From a plasmid: a stretch of DNA of 64,000 bases. This document shows positions 45,462 through 55,553 of the stretch, in pieces (the stretch's first letter is position 1; each line of letters begins with the position of its first letter). The stretch is from the sequence record NZ_CP023779.1, one strand, 5' to 3'. The translations under genes were made by a program, and so were the position numbers. The notes below the pieces were generated by a model. That model ran no database searches, had not been told where the DNA came from, and was given only the letters and a program-made list of their open reading frames with translations.

Positions 45462-46100
45462 GTGACCAACCACCGCAGTTCAGCAACCAAGGTCGCGACA
45501 ACAGCGCGTCGTCGACAGCAACCCGCGCCGCCCGGGGCGGCCCGTAACCTCGGTAACGTGCGTGTTGATGTTGTGGGCTTGGTGAACGAGACGGCAGAGC
45601 AGCTCGAGAACCTGCCGCCGGACACCTCACCGCAAGCCGCGCTGTGCCATGCGCACAGCGGCATCGCCGCGCTGAATCTGGGTGTCGTCGTGATGAGCGG
45701 GAACGTCGATCAATCCCGCCTGGACGAATTCACGGCCGCCACGGTCCTGGCGCACGAAGCTCATGAGGAAATCACCGAGGTCGTCGACGACGACTTGTTC
45801 GGCGAGCTGCTCGACATGCGCGTGATCGAGCTGCTCGACCAGGCCGAGCAGCTACGCCGGATGCGGGTCTCGGTGCGCTGGCTGCGCACGGCCATGGCCC
45901 GCGCAGCCGAGGCAACGCATTCCGTTCTCGCCGGCCTGGCCACCTCCGACGATCCGCCGTCCGACATCCGCGCGGCCGCCGAGACCACCGCTGCCCTCGT
46001 CGCCGATATGCGGATGCTAATCGACGGGCCCGCTCGTGAACGGGCAGCCCTGGCCGAGCTCATCAAGCGGCAAGCGGTCATCATCAAGGTCGACGAATAA
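45462..46100 (+). CDS. Hypothetical protein
   Basis: GTG with GAAAGGATGG RBS. Confidence 0.45.
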   Translation: MTNHRSSATKVATTARRRQQPAPPGAARNLGNVRVDVVGLVNETAEQLENLPPDTSPQAALCHAHSGIAALNLGVVVMSGNVDQSRLDEFTAATVLAHEAHEEITEVVDDDLFGELLDMRVIELLDQAEQLRRMRVSVRWLRTAMARAAEATHSVLAGLATSDDPPSDIRAAAETTAALVADMRMLIDGPARERAALAELIKRQAVIIKVDE

Positions 46101-46128
46101 AGGTTCGGGCGGGGCCAATCCGCGCTGA

Positions 46129-47586
46129 TCAGGACTCCAGCGGCGGCCTCTTGTGCGCGGCCTGGGTCAGCCGACGCCAGTGCGCGCGGTGGTCGAACGC
46201 AGTGCCCTCTTGGCGCCGCCGGGCCGCCGCGTCAGCGGCCGCCTTCGCCGCCTGGCGGCCCTCACCGTTGAGCGCGGCCTCGCGCACCTCCGCCCGGCGC
46301 TCCTGCACGGCTTCTTTTGCGGCCGCCACCACGGCGTCGAGGGCGGCTTTCTCCTCGGCCGCGCGCCGTTGCTCGATCTCACGCACGACATGCGGCGGGA
46401 ACGGCAGATCGACCTTCTCCAGCATCGCCCTGACGTAAGCGAGCGGGTGCCGCACTTCGGCGGCCGGACGCAGCTCGTCGTTGATGTCGTCGGATGTCCA
46501 ACCGTTCTCGGCTGCGGGCGCTAGAACCCTCGCCCACGCATCGGCCCTATTCCGACGCGCCCAATCCGGTGTTCGGGCATCTCCGAGCCATTTGAGGGCC
46601 AAAATGAGGGCATTCTGAGGCGGCGGCGTAGTCTTCCGGTCACCCCCCTTTTTGTCTGGGCGGCGCGAAGCGCCTCGATTTCCACAACCCTGCGCTACGT
46701 AAGAACCACTAGAAGTCTCTTTTACGGGGGGAACCTGACCCCGAAGGGGGTGGGTAGCCATTTTGTTCTGACCTGCGCAAATCCGGCCCGAGTTATTCAC
46801 GCGGTTGTCCACAGATCCACGATTGCGCGGCGGGTGCAGCGCCCACACCGAGGCCCAGCCACGGGCCTTGTCGCCGACTCGCCAGCTCGCCATCCGCTCG
46901 GCCCGGGTCCGTTGCCGCCCACGAATCACCTCGGTAGCGACGCCCATGAGCAACATGGCAAGGCGGACGCGCGTCACAGTGGTTTCCGACAAGCCTGACC
47001 GCTCCGCGATCCCGGCATTCGAGAGCCTGCAATTGCGGCCGGTCAGGTCATCCGCGGCGGCCGCCATGACCTCAGCGACCTTCATGTACGTTTTCTTGGC
47101 GACACCGCCGCCGGTGTTCTTCCGGCCGCCGCGCTTCCTGATGAGGATCGGCCGAATCGTGCGGTATTGCCGGTCGTAGGTGTTGCTGGCGGATTCGAGG
47201 TAGCTCTCGCGGGTGAACCAGCAGGCCACTCCGCGATAGGCGTTGTCGTCCTCGTCCTCGCGCGGATCGAGCTGCACGCGGCACAAGCGGCGGCAGGCTG
47301 CTTGCTGGCCACCCCACAGCGCGATCAGGCGCGGGGAGACGGCGGTGCACTGATGGCCGCACACGTGACCCCGGGTGACGGTGTGGGGGGCTTTCGCCCG
47401 GCCGCGCCGAGGGCGGCTCGGGCTGGATCCGCGGTAGGGGCCGCCGATAGCGGCTTCGATGGTGGCGCGCCACTCGTCGACTTCGGCAGCTGAGGGCGGG
47501 CTGAACGGTGCGGGCGAGAGGACACGTTGCCGATCAGTTGTTTCGCTTTCCGGGCGTGCGATATCCTCGGACCAGTGGTTCGTCAT
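46129..47586 (-). CDS. Putative plasmid replication initiator (HTH plus Cys/His motif), downstream of a CopG-like gene
   Basis: TRGHVCGHQC, the HTH-like AGIAERSGLSETTVTRVRLAML, a basic KRGGRKNTGGG stretch; gene order copG-like then rep-like; family not firmly recognised. Confidence 0.4.
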   Translation of the reverse strand: MTNHWSEDIARPESETTDRQRVLSPAPFSPPSAAEVDEWRATIEAAIGGPYRGSSPSRPRRGRAKAPHTVTRGHVCGHQCTAVSPRLIALWGGQQAACRRLCRVQLDPREDEDDNAYRGVACWFTRESYLESASNTYDRQYRTIRPILIRKRGGRKNTGGGVAKKTYMKVAEVMAAAADDLTGRNCRLSNAGIAERSGLSETTVTRVRLAMLLMGVATEVIRGRQRTRAERMASWRVGDKARGWASVWALHPPRNRGSVDNRVNNSGRICAGQNKMATHPLRGQVPPVKETSSGSYVAQGCGNRGASRRPDKKGGDRKTTPPPQNALILALKWLGDARTPDWARRNRADAWARVLAPAAENGWTSDDINDELRPAAEVRHPLAYVRAMLEKVDLPFPPHVVREIEQRRAAEEKAALDAVVAAAKEAVQERRAEVREAALNGEGRQAAKAAADAAARRRQEGTAFDHRAHWRRLTQAAHKRPPLES

Positions 47587-47825
47587 CAAAAGGAGTCCTG
47601 TTCCTTTGGTCTGATGAGGGGCCCGGGTGGGGGCGAGGTAGCGCTCGCCTCCCCACAATCTTTCGAGGGCTCCCGGAGATCCAGCCGGGGGCCCTCGATC
47701 CGTTTGGGGGTTCCAAACGGGCCCGATGGGGGTCGTATTCACTTGCTGGGGTACTTCAGAGTCCTGCTCGGATTACTCGGTCAGTCCTTCGTCGATTAGC
47801 TTCACCCCTTGGAGGGCAAAGGAAT

Positions 47826-48119
47826 TCAGCTCGCCTTGAGGTTGGCGCGGTGCGCCCGTACATCGAGCAGCGCCGGTTCGTCCGCGATCGGCGTCGGCAC
47901 CTTGGGGAGACCCTCGCGCAGCGCTTCTTCGACGACCTCCCACTTGTTGAGGCAACGCGCTTCCATCTCGTGGTTGATCCGGTTCACGAGGGTCTCGTCG
48001 ATCCGCACGAACAGCTCGGTCACGTTCTGTCTGCCTCGATGACGCTTTGCCGCACCCATACCGATATCAATATCACTCGAGATGGTCTTGTTGGTCGCGA
48101 CGCGCCGAGGATTCGCCAC
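47826..48119 (-). CDS. CopG/RHH-family small DNA-binding protein
   Basis: TELFVRIDETLVNRINHEMEARCLNKWEVVEEALREGL beta-alpha-alpha pattern; 97 aa. Confidence 0.5.
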   Translation of the reverse strand: MANPRRVATNKTISSDIDIGMGAAKRHRGRQNVTELFVRIDETLVNRINHEMEARCLNKWEVVEEALREGLPKVPTPIADEPALLDVRAHRANLKAS

Positions 48120-48164
48120 GGATTGAGCGGCCCTTGGAAGGAGCTCATGCCCACCGCCCGGTGG

Positions 48165-49199
48165 TCACCGTAGGGTGGCGGCGGCGCGGCTGTCGGGGCG
48201 TGCACGGCGGGCTGTGTCGCGGGTGTCTCGGATGGTGGCGCGGCGGGCTTCCATGGCGGCGGCGGGGGAGGTTCCGGCGCGCAGGGCCTCGGCGACGGCG
48301 GCGGCGTCGAGGAGTGCATCGCGGGCACCGGAACCGGCGGCGGGTGTGACGGCGTGGTCGGCGTCGCCGATCAACAGCAGCTCATCGGTTTGCGGCAAGG
48401 CGGCCTCGAGCGGCACGGTGCGGGCGTTGGTGATGTGCACGGTATCGGTGGCAGCGATGAGAGCGTCGAGCACCGGGGCCGCAGCGTCGGTGGCGATGGC
48501 GCGCAGCCGGGGAATCCATGGCCCGATCGGTTGCGGGCCGACCTCGCCGGGGTCGAGCTGGTCAGCATTGAGTCGGGCGAACCAGAAGGTATCGGCGGCC
48601 TCGGTGTGATGGATGTGGCCGATCGTGCCGCCGGGGCGTGTGCCGTCGGGGACAAGGGTGTCGAATGCCGCGGTGCGGTCCGGGGTGGGCAGCTCGACAC
48701 GGTTCGCGACGGCGTAGAGGGCGATCTGGGCGGCATAGACGGGGGTGCGGGCCGGGTCGAGCTGGGCGCGGATGGGTGAGTCGATGCCGTCGGCAGCGAT
48801 GATGGGGCCGGTGAGTGCACGGCCCGCGGCGGTGATGCTGAGCCCGGCCGGTGTCGGAGTGACGTGGACCGGGGTGTCGTAGTGCACGGTGGCGCCTGCT
48901 GCCGCGGCGCGGTCGGTGAGCACGTCGAGTAGGTCGTGGCGGTGGTATGCGCGGTATCCGGGGGCGGGCTGGTGGTGGCCGTTGATCTGGATCTGGTCGA
49001 TCGGTCGTGAGGCGTCGAGCAGGCGCGCGCGGTCGACTCCGAGGTCGGTGAGCAGATCGTGAACGGCACCGTCGAGAGCCAGGAACGCGCCGTTGCGATG
49101 GCGGGGGCCGCGCTCGTAGACGGTGGCGGGGATGCCTGCGGCCGCTAACGCGCCCGCGAGGGCGCTACCGGCGATACCGGCACCGATAATGGTGACCAT
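48165..49199 (-). CDS. FAD-dependent monooxygenase/oxidoreductase
   Basis: MVTIIGAGIAGSALAGAL GxGxxG; DGIDSPIR and GDADHA motifs. Confidence 0.75.
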   Translation of the reverse strand: MVTIIGAGIAGSALAGALAAAGIPATVYERGPRHRNGAFLALDGAVHDLLTDLGVDRARLLDASRPIDQIQINGHHQPAPGYRAYHRHDLLDVLTDRAAAAGATVHYDTPVHVTPTPAGLSITAAGRALTGPIIAADGIDSPIRAQLDPARTPVYAAQIALYAVANRVELPTPDRTAAFDTLVPDGTRPGGTIGHIHHTEAADTFWFARLNADQLDPGEVGPQPIGPWIPRLRAIATDAAAPVLDALIAATDTVHITNARTVPLEAALPQTDELLLIGDADHAVTPAAGSGARDALLDAAAVAEALRAGTSPAAAMEARRATIRDTRDTARRARPDSRAAATLR

Positions 49200-49207
49200 C
49201 TGCTCTC

Positions 49208-50299
49208 CTACTGCTGTGTGGTGTGGCGGGCGTACGCGCGCGCGAGGGCGATGATGTCGGCGGCACGGTTCGTGAGGATCGGTTGCGGCCCTTGACCTTT
49301 GCGGGGCCGCAACCGGTCGTCGCGGTGCAGGCGCGCGATGGTGACCGCGACCTGCTCGGGGTCGTTCCAGTGTGCCGGGTCAAGCTCGGCGGCGACGACG
49401 GGGCTGATGGTGACCAGCCGGTCCCGGAGTTCGATGGCCGATTGGTAGCGGGCGGCGTGGGCGCGCAGCAGCAGCGCCGGGCGGCCGGTGCGGGGGTAGG
49501 TGTATTCGGGAATCGCGTCGGAGAGATCACGGCTGAGCGTACGGGCGGCGCGCACGTCACGGTATGCGGGCACGATGGACCCGACCTGACGGATGCGATG
49601 GGCGGCCGCGACTGTGGCGAGCGAGGCGGCGAACAACGCGGCCGCGCCCAGGAACCCGACCTTGAACGCGCTCTGGACGACGGCCGGGGCACGGTGGTCG
49701 GTCCATGTGGTCAACGCGTATTTGATGGCCCACCAGAGGGTTTCGGCGGTGAACAGCGCCAGCGCCAGCCACGCCAGGTGCAGGCCCCACCGCAGGACGC
49801 CGCGGGCGCGGCGGGCGGCGCGACCGGCCAGGACACTGCTCACGGCGGTGGCCACGGGGAACGACCCCGACTCCGCGAGGGAATACGTCTGCGCCCGCCA
49901 ATTGTGCTGCGCATACAGTGACTCCGGGGCAGCGGGCAGCGTGATCAGCACGGCCGCGATGACCAGTGCCGCCACCGCCGCCCAGCAGCACACCACCCGC
50001 AGCAGCGACCAGGCCAGGGCGCTGCCGTCGGCGGCAGCGTAGTAACCGATCATGGCGCACAACATGATCTCCAACCCTGCCGCGGCGATGGTTGTTGCCC
50101 AGTAGGTCATGGCGAAATGGCTGCGCTGGATGCCGTCGAAGACGAGGGCGACAGCCAGCGCGGTGATCGCGGCAGTGATCATCCGGGATTCGGTCGTGGG
50201 TTTCACCTGGCGAATCCGCCACACCGCGATCACCGTGATGACGACGACGCGGACCGACCACAGCAAACCGTCGTCGGAATGCCCCATGCCCAAGTACAT
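49208..50299 (-). CDS. Integral membrane protein (multi-TM)
   Basis: Multiple hydrophobic helices across 363 aa. Confidence 0.55.
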   Translation of the reverse strand: MYLGMGHSDDGLLWSVRVVVITVIAVWRIRQVKPTTESRMITAAITALAVALVFDGIQRSHFAMTYWATTIAAAGLEIMLCAMIGYYAAADGSALAWSLLRVVCCWAAVAALVIAAVLITLPAAPESLYAQHNWRAQTYSLAESGSFPVATAVSSVLAGRAARRARGVLRWGLHLAWLALALFTAETLWWAIKYALTTWTDHRAPAVVQSAFKVGFLGAAALFAASLATVAAAHRIRQVGSIVPAYRDVRAARTLSRDLSDAIPEYTYPRTGRPALLLRAHAARYQSAIELRDRLVTISPVVAAELDPAHWNDPEQVAVTIARLHRDDRLRPRKGQGPQPILTNRAADIIALARAYARHTTQQ

Positions 50300-50311
50300 G
50301 ATCGTCCCCGC

Positions 50312-50830
50312 CTACCAGCCGATCGTGTCTCGCAGCGCGGCGTCGAGCCGTGCGGCCCGCTCATCGGACTGTGCGGGCAACGCAGCATCGGCGCTGGCAT
50401 GAATCCAGACGCCGACCTCGCGGGCGAAGAACTCGGCGTCACGCTCATCGATATTGGCGTAGTTGCCGGTGCGGTGGGTGGCCAGCTGCCCCGGCCCGGC
50501 TGGCTCGAACGTGCCGAAGACCAGATGCGCGAGCTCGTGCAGGACGAGGTGGCGCTGATGCGCGCGGTCGGTTGCTTCCTGCACCGCGATCACGTAGCCG
50601 CCGTCACCGTCGACCATGATGGCCGAAAACATCGAGAGCACAGGGAGGGGGAGCCTGTGCAGTTCGATCGTGCGGCCGGTATGGACTCTGATCGCAGCCA
50701 TGATGCCCGCCACACCGTCTTCCGGACGTACCCGCAACTGCCGCAGGAACCGACGGATGCGCCGCCGCAACAACCACCAGCGCAGCCGTGTATCCGGTGC
50801 GGGCGCAGTGATCAGCGGAGCAGACGGCAT
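50312..50830 (-). CDS. ImmA/IrrE-family metallopeptidase
   Basis: HEXXH-type HLVLHELAHLVFG; immediately follows the XRE gene. Confidence 0.7.
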   Translation of the reverse strand: MPSAPLITAPAPDTRLRWWLLRRRIRRFLRQLRVRPEDGVAGIMAAIRVHTGRTIELHRLPLPVLSMFSAIMVDGDGGYVIAVQEATDRAHQRHLVLHELAHLVFGTFEPAGPGQLATHRTGNYANIDERDAEFFAREVGVWIHASADAALPAQSDERAARLDAALRDTIGW

Positions 50831-51265
50831 TCATCCGAGTATGTCCGAGTCAGGGTCCGCAGGCAGCCCCCGGCTGCGCCGCAGGCTCTGCAAGATGCCG
50901 GTGATCGCCGCAATGTCCTCGTCATCGAGATCGGCCATCCGCCACGCCGCCGCCTGGATGTTCTTCTCGCGGCGAAGCTGCTCGTACATCTCCCGCACAT
51001 CCTGATCAGGGCGGGGACGCTCGGTGTAGAGGGCTTTGGGATCGCCACCGTGGTACGCGCGTTCCGCGCTGCCGGGCTCCCACCCCAGCGCGGTATCCAG
51101 ACGCTGAAACGTCGACGGCCGCAGCGGATGATCGGCCACGTTGCGCTCGATCTTGGACACGGTCACGAAACTCGGGCCACCAGCGGCGGAGACGTCGGAC
51201 TGGGTCATCTTCAGCTGCTGACGACGACCTTTGACGATCACGCCGAATCGCTCGTGGTTGTCCAT
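50831..51265 (-). CDS. XRE-family HTH regulator (ImmR-like partner of ImmA)
   Basis: LKMTQSDVSAAGGPSFVTVSKIERN HTH; RBS AGGACC. Confidence 0.7.
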   Translation of the reverse strand: MDNHERFGVIVKGRRQQLKMTQSDVSAAGGPSFVTVSKIERNVADHPLRPSTFQRLDTALGWEPGSAERAYHGGDPKALYTERPRPDQDVREMYEQLRREKNIQAAAWRMADLDDEDIAAITGILQSLRRSRGLPADPDSDILG

Positions 51266-51399
51266 GAAACTCAGGTCCTATCGGGAGGCCCGATGGCCTC
51301 TGTCAGCGTAAACACCGGCGTCTACTGCATAAATCATATGCGAAGCGAGCCCGGCAGGGAGCTGGGGCCCTGCGCAAGCCGACAGTAGCACAACTTCAT

Positions 51400-51450
51400 G
51401 GTAGATATTTTAAAAATTTGGTATGCAGTTTAAAAAATCTGGTGTAACTT
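51400..51450. promoter_or_regulatory. AT-rich segment with direct repeats TTTAAAAAT(T/C)TGGT(A/G)T between the two XRE genes
   Basis: Two copies 19 bp apart in a 450-bp non-coding gap. Confidence 0.35.
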
Positions 51451-51715
51451 CTACCGCACGCCGCCCGTATGCGTCACCGCTGCCGCCGGATACGGGCTGG
51501 ACGGACGTTCGGTTCTCGGCAGCGCCAGGGAGGGATCTGGTGACAGGAGAGGGGAAGGTGTCGATGCCGCGATGGCAGATCGCTCATCGGCTGCCGTCGC
51601 GAACGGGGACGGCCCGCAGAAACCCGGTGTCCCCATCCCCCCGGCCTCGGTCGAGGCCATAACGCGAGGGAAGCACATGTTTTCAGGCGGCCGTTTTCCG
51701 ACACTCACCAGCGGG

Positions 51716-52168
51716 TTACGCCGGCGAGCCCGGAGGCCGCTGGCGCGCGCGCTCGTAGGCGGCGCGCACCTCGTCCACGGAGAGGCCGAGGCCCTCGGCC
51801 AGGCCCGTGGCGCTCTCGCGCGACAGCGCTACCTGGCCGAGCTCCAGGCGGTGAACGGTCGGCGCGCTCAGACCGGCCGCGGTGGCGAGCTCTTGCTGAG
51901 TCATGCCCCGCAGCACCCGCCAATCGCCGAGGTAGCGCTCGGTGACAGGGATCGGCACGAGCACGTCCATCGGAACGCCGAGCGCTTGTGCGACGCGCCA
52001 GAGCAGTTTGACCGAGGGGGATTTCTCCTCGCGTTCCCACTGTTCGACTGCGCTCTTGCTGACGCCCGCGACGCGGGCCAGTTCGCCGGTGTGGTGCAGG
52101 GTGGGGTGGTTCTCCCGCACGTGCCGCAGCGCTGCGCCCTTGAATCCGCGCGTGACCTTCCTGGTCAT
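51716..52168 (-). CDS. Tandem-HTH XRE-family regulator
   Basis: Two HTH_XRE units (TGELARVAGVSKSAVEQWE... and RGMTQQELATAAGLSAPTVHRLELG...); divergent from the conjugation operon. Confidence 0.7.
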   Translation of the reverse strand: MTRKVTRGFKGAALRHVRENHPTLHHTGELARVAGVSKSAVEQWEREEKSPSVKLLWRVAQALGVPMDVLVPIPVTERYLGDWRVLRGMTQQELATAAGLSAPTVHRLELGQVALSRESATGLAEGLGLSVDEVRAAYERARQRPPGSPA

Positions 52169-52242
52169 CCGCGTACCTGTTTGCGCTGGTCATTCATCGG
52201 AACACACCATGCCACACCGTCCGATGAGAGCTCTCATTGTCT

Positions 52243-52426
52243 GAAAATAGAGTGTGAAAATAGAGTACACTCGGCGGGGAGGCTTTAAGACGGACGCAAG
52301 GACGAGACGAGGAAGCGGTGAGACCGTCAGGTTCGTGATCATGAAATTCCCTGCTCACAGCCTGACCTGGTGATCCCTGGTGATCGAAACGAAGAACCTT
52401 CCCCTCCGTTGCACCGGAGGGGAAGG
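52243..52426. promoter_or_regulatory. Control region of the conjugation operon: GAAAATAGAGT direct repeats, CTGGTGATC tandem repeat, and a perfect 12-bp-stem hairpin in the 5' leader
   Basis: GAAAATAGAGT at 52243 and 52256; CCTTCCCCTCCG-ttgcac-CGGAGGGGAAGG at 52397-52426 about 60 nt before the first ATG. Confidence 0.35.
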
Positions 52427-52491
52427 CCCGAAGTCGCTCCAGCACGGTTGCACCCGTCCTGGAGCTGATGCAGAAACTAGGAGAGCTCTGC

Positions 52492-53910
52492 ATGAACACA
52501 GTAGAACGCGAGCCAGGTTCCGCGCGCCCCGATGTTTCGGGGCCGCGCATTCCGGCCGGTCGTGACCGGGGTGCCGGTGGGCACCGGGCGGCCCGCACGG
52601 CGGGCAACGCCGCGCGGGCCGCGGCCGCCTTCACCACCACGGCCGCTGTCGTGCTCGGTGCGGCGGGGTGGGCGAACGCAGCTCCCGGCGAGCAGCAGCC
52701 CGGCGTCACGGGCCCGTCGCAGCAGCCCGGCGTCACGCCGAGCCCGGCGACCGATCAGCCGGGGGTGTCGACTGCACCAACACCGCCGCCGCGTCCGGAA
52801 CAGCATTCGCCGGTGGGGGACCTGATCCCGGATCCGCCCACGTACGCGCCGAGTGAGTACCGCAATCCGCCGAGCCACTCGAGCGGCGGCAGCGGTGGGT
52901 CGCAGACTCGTCCCGCCCCGGCACCGAGTTTGACGCAGGATCTGCCCAACCTGCACGCCCCGGAACCGGTTGCGCCGCCGAAGGTGATCGTGCCGCCCGC
53001 GCCCGACAAGCTCGGCCTCGGCGACGCGACGATTCCTCGGCCCGACTGGGTGCCGGTCGACGCGGCATGGAAGATCAACGGCCAAATCGCGGACATGCAG
53101 CGTGGAACCAACGCGTTCATGCAGTCGACCGGCATCAACGCCGATCGCGCCGATCTGATGTCGGCGGCCATGGTGCTGGGCGGCGTCTCGGGCTTCGCTG
53201 TCGGCGCAACGACTGTCGGTGTCCCACTGGCGGTGGTCGGCGCGGTCGGCGGAGGGTTGATCGGCGGCACGATCGGCGGTATCGCCGGGGCCGCTGTGGG
53301 CACGGTGGTGCCGGTGCCGGTGGTCGGCACGGTGACCTCCGGGGTTGCCGGGACCGCGATCGGCGCGGCCGCTGGCGCGGCGATCGGCGCGGCGGCGCTC
53401 GGCATTCCGGGTGCGCTGGCCGGTGGCGCGGCGGGCGCGGCCATCGGGGTGACGACCGGTGCAGTTGCGACTGCCGGTGACGGCTCGGATTACGTTGCAC
53501 CACCGCAAGATCCGTCGAACCCCGGTGCTCCGTCCCCCGCTCCGGGCCCGTCGCTGCACGATCGGATCGCCGCGCAGGCGGCGGCTGCGATCGGGACCGG
53601 TGAGCAAGCCTCGCGCTGGGTGCAAGCTCAGCCGGGCGGGCAGCAGGCGGCCGACGCCGCGCTGTCGGCGGGCGCTGCGGTCGGTGCGGCGGTGCAGGCT
53701 CAGCCATGGGCCGCGCCCGCCGGTGCCGCCGTCGACCAGGCCGCACGGAACGTGGTGGCGGCCGCCAAGTCCGCCCCGCCGACCTCCGAGGTCGCTACCG
53801 CCGTGGCCGACGTGATCAGCGAGCAGAAGCCGTTCGCTCCGGGGCAGTTCGGTGCCTTCACCGATGCCGCGAACGGCGCTCTCGCCGCTGTGCAGGGGGT
53901 CGTGCGATGA
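52492..53910 (+). CDS. Secreted/membrane protein with Pro-rich linker and Gly-zipper (GxxxG-rich) region
   Basis: RR-containing signal-like N-terminus (AAAAFTTTAAVVLGAAGWANAAPG); long G/A/V/I repeats; ATGA-coupled to the next gene. Confidence 0.55.
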   Translation: MNTVEREPGSARPDVSGPRIPAGRDRGAGGHRAARTAGNAARAAAAFTTTAAVVLGAAGWANAAPGEQQPGVTGPSQQPGVTPSPATDQPGVSTAPTPPPRPEQHSPVGDLIPDPPTYAPSEYRNPPSHSSGGSGGSQTRPAPAPSLTQDLPNLHAPEPVAPPKVIVPPAPDKLGLGDATIPRPDWVPVDAAWKINGQIADMQRGTNAFMQSTGINADRADLMSAAMVLGGVSGFAVGATTVGVPLAVVGAVGGGLIGGTIGGIAGAAVGTVVPVPVVGTVTSGVAGTAIGAAAGAAIGAAALGIPGALAGGAAGAAIGVTTGAVATAGDGSDYVAPPQDPSNPGAPSPAPGPSLHDRIAAQAAAAIGTGEQASRWVQAQPGGQQAADAALSAGAAVGAAVQAQPWAAPAGAAVDQAARNVVAAAKSAPPTSEVATAVADVISEQKPFAPGQFGAFTDAANGALAAVQGVVR

Positions 53911-55427
53911 ATCCGCTCCTGCGTGTGAGCGCGGGGGCGGTGACCGTGGCGACGGCGGCCGTGCTGGTCGCCGTCCCCGGTACCGCCGCCGCCGACCCGT
54001 CCTCTGCGACCGATTGCCCGGCGCTGTACGCGCTGGGGGTGCAGGGCACCGGCGAGTCGTCGCCGGATGCGCCCGCCACGACCGACACCGGCATGTTGTC
54101 CAACGTGTTCACGCCGTTCCAGGCCGACGCCGAGGCGGCGGGGGTCAAGGTGGCCCGCGAGTATGTGGCCTACGACGCGGGGTTCGCCGGGTTCGTGCCC
54201 GGCGGCACCCAGCCCTACGAGCAGTCGGTGACCGGCGGCAAGGATCGGCTGTCGCAGACCGTGAGCGATATCGCACAGCGGTGCCCGACAACGGATTTCG
54301 CGCTCGCTGGCTACAGCCAGGGCGCGCATGCGGTGTCGTTGTTCGCCCAGGATGTCGGGCAGGGCCGGGGCCCGATCCCGGCGGACAAGGTGGCGGCGGT
54401 GGCCCTGTTCGGTGATCCGACCCGCAATCCCGGTGCCGCGCCGTTCCCGGGAGCGACCGATCGCGAGTCGCCGAAGGCTGCTCCGGGCACCTCGGGCGCC
54501 GCGATCCAGACGGTAGCCCAGCTCGTCCCGGCGAAGCTCAGCGGCGGCGGCATCGGCCCCCAGCGCGATATCGCATCAAATTTCGGTTCGCTCACGGGCC
54601 GGGTGGCGAGCTTCTGCGCCTCGGGGGACTTGTCCTGCGACGCACCCGATCACGCGCCGCTGCTGCACGCGGTCGCCAATATCGCCGGGCAGACCGAGTT
54701 CGGCGGTGACCCGCTCAAGGCCCTGGGCTCGATCACCCAAGCCCTGGCCATGACCGGCATCAAAACCGCGACGAACGTGGTCAACCAGGATATCTCAGGG
54801 AACTCGCTGGCCTCGCTGAGCCTGAACCCGCGCAAGTCGATCAGTGCTCGCATCGCCGAGGCGTCGGATCCCCGCACGCCGGTGGAGCCGGGGCAGGTCA
54901 TCCAGGCGCTGTTCAAGGTGGCCACGATCGGCATCAACTCCGCGGTGACCGTCGTGCGCACCCTGCTGACCCCGGCCAACATTGCCGAGATCGCCGCGGC
55001 CGGGCTCGCCGATCCCGTTGCGGGCCTAGCGGTTTTCGGCGGCAAGCTGATTGGGGCGCTGCCGCAGCTGATCCCCCCGGCGACGGCGAGCCGCCTGGTA
55101 CAGCAGACCTTCAACGCGTTCGTCGGCAATCTGACCGACAACCAAGACATGTTGCAGGCGGCGACGTGGGTCAAATACTCCGATGTCATCCAGCGGCACG
55201 GGTCGTACGCGAACGATCCGGTGACCGTCGATGGCAAGTCGGCGACGAAGTTCGTGGCCGATTGGTTCGTCGCGACTGCGAAGGATGTCGCCGCTAGCGG
55301 CGGTGCCCCTGCCGCGTCGGTGCCGTCGACCACCGCGCCGCACTCCACGGTCGCGCCGACGACTTCGCGTGCCCCGTGGACGTTCTCGCTCGACTCGTCC
55401 AGCGCGCCGACCACTTCGGCCCGGTGA
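53907..55427 (+). CDS. Secreted cutinase-family serine esterase with ~300-aa C-terminal extension
   Basis: Signal peptide; ALYALGVQGTGES...; catalytic GYSQGA pentapeptide; CASGDLSCD; ATG overlaps the upstream stop. Confidence 0.7.
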   Translation: MNPLLRVSAGAVTVATAAVLVAVPGTAAADPSSATDCPALYALGVQGTGESSPDAPATTDTGMLSNVFTPFQADAEAAGVKVAREYVAYDAGFAGFVPGGTQPYEQSVTGGKDRLSQTVSDIAQRCPTTDFALAGYSQGAHAVSLFAQDVGQGRGPIPADKVAAVALFGDPTRNPGAAPFPGATDRESPKAAPGTSGAAIQTVAQLVPAKLSGGGIGPQRDIASNFGSLTGRVASFCASGDLSCDAPDHAPLLHAVANIAGQTEFGGDPLKALGSITQALAMTGIKTATNVVNQDISGNSLASLSLNPRKSISARIAEASDPRTPVEPGQVIQALFKVATIGINSAVTVVRTLLTPANIAEIAAAGLADPVAGLAVFGGKLIGALPQLIPPATASRLVQQTFNAFVGNLTDNQDMLQAATWVKYSDVIQRHGSYANDPVTVDGKSATKFVADWFVATAKDVAASGGAPAASVPSTTAPHSTVAPTTSRAPWTFSLDSSSAPTTSAR

Positions 55428-55553
55428 CTTCGGTCCGCCCGGTGGACCGGACCGGGTGGCCCGAACCGTGGCAGGGGCCGGAGGTAGCTCTCCTAGCCCG
55501 GCCCCTGCCTTCCCCTCTTCTCCAACGGACACAGCTCGCATGGGAGGTGAGCA

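Noticed and set aside
44150-45664. 504-aa minus-strand ORF
   Set aside because: Antisense to the coiled-coil gene 44273..45424. Arg/Gly-rich and contains the AT-rich island in frame. A shadow ORF.
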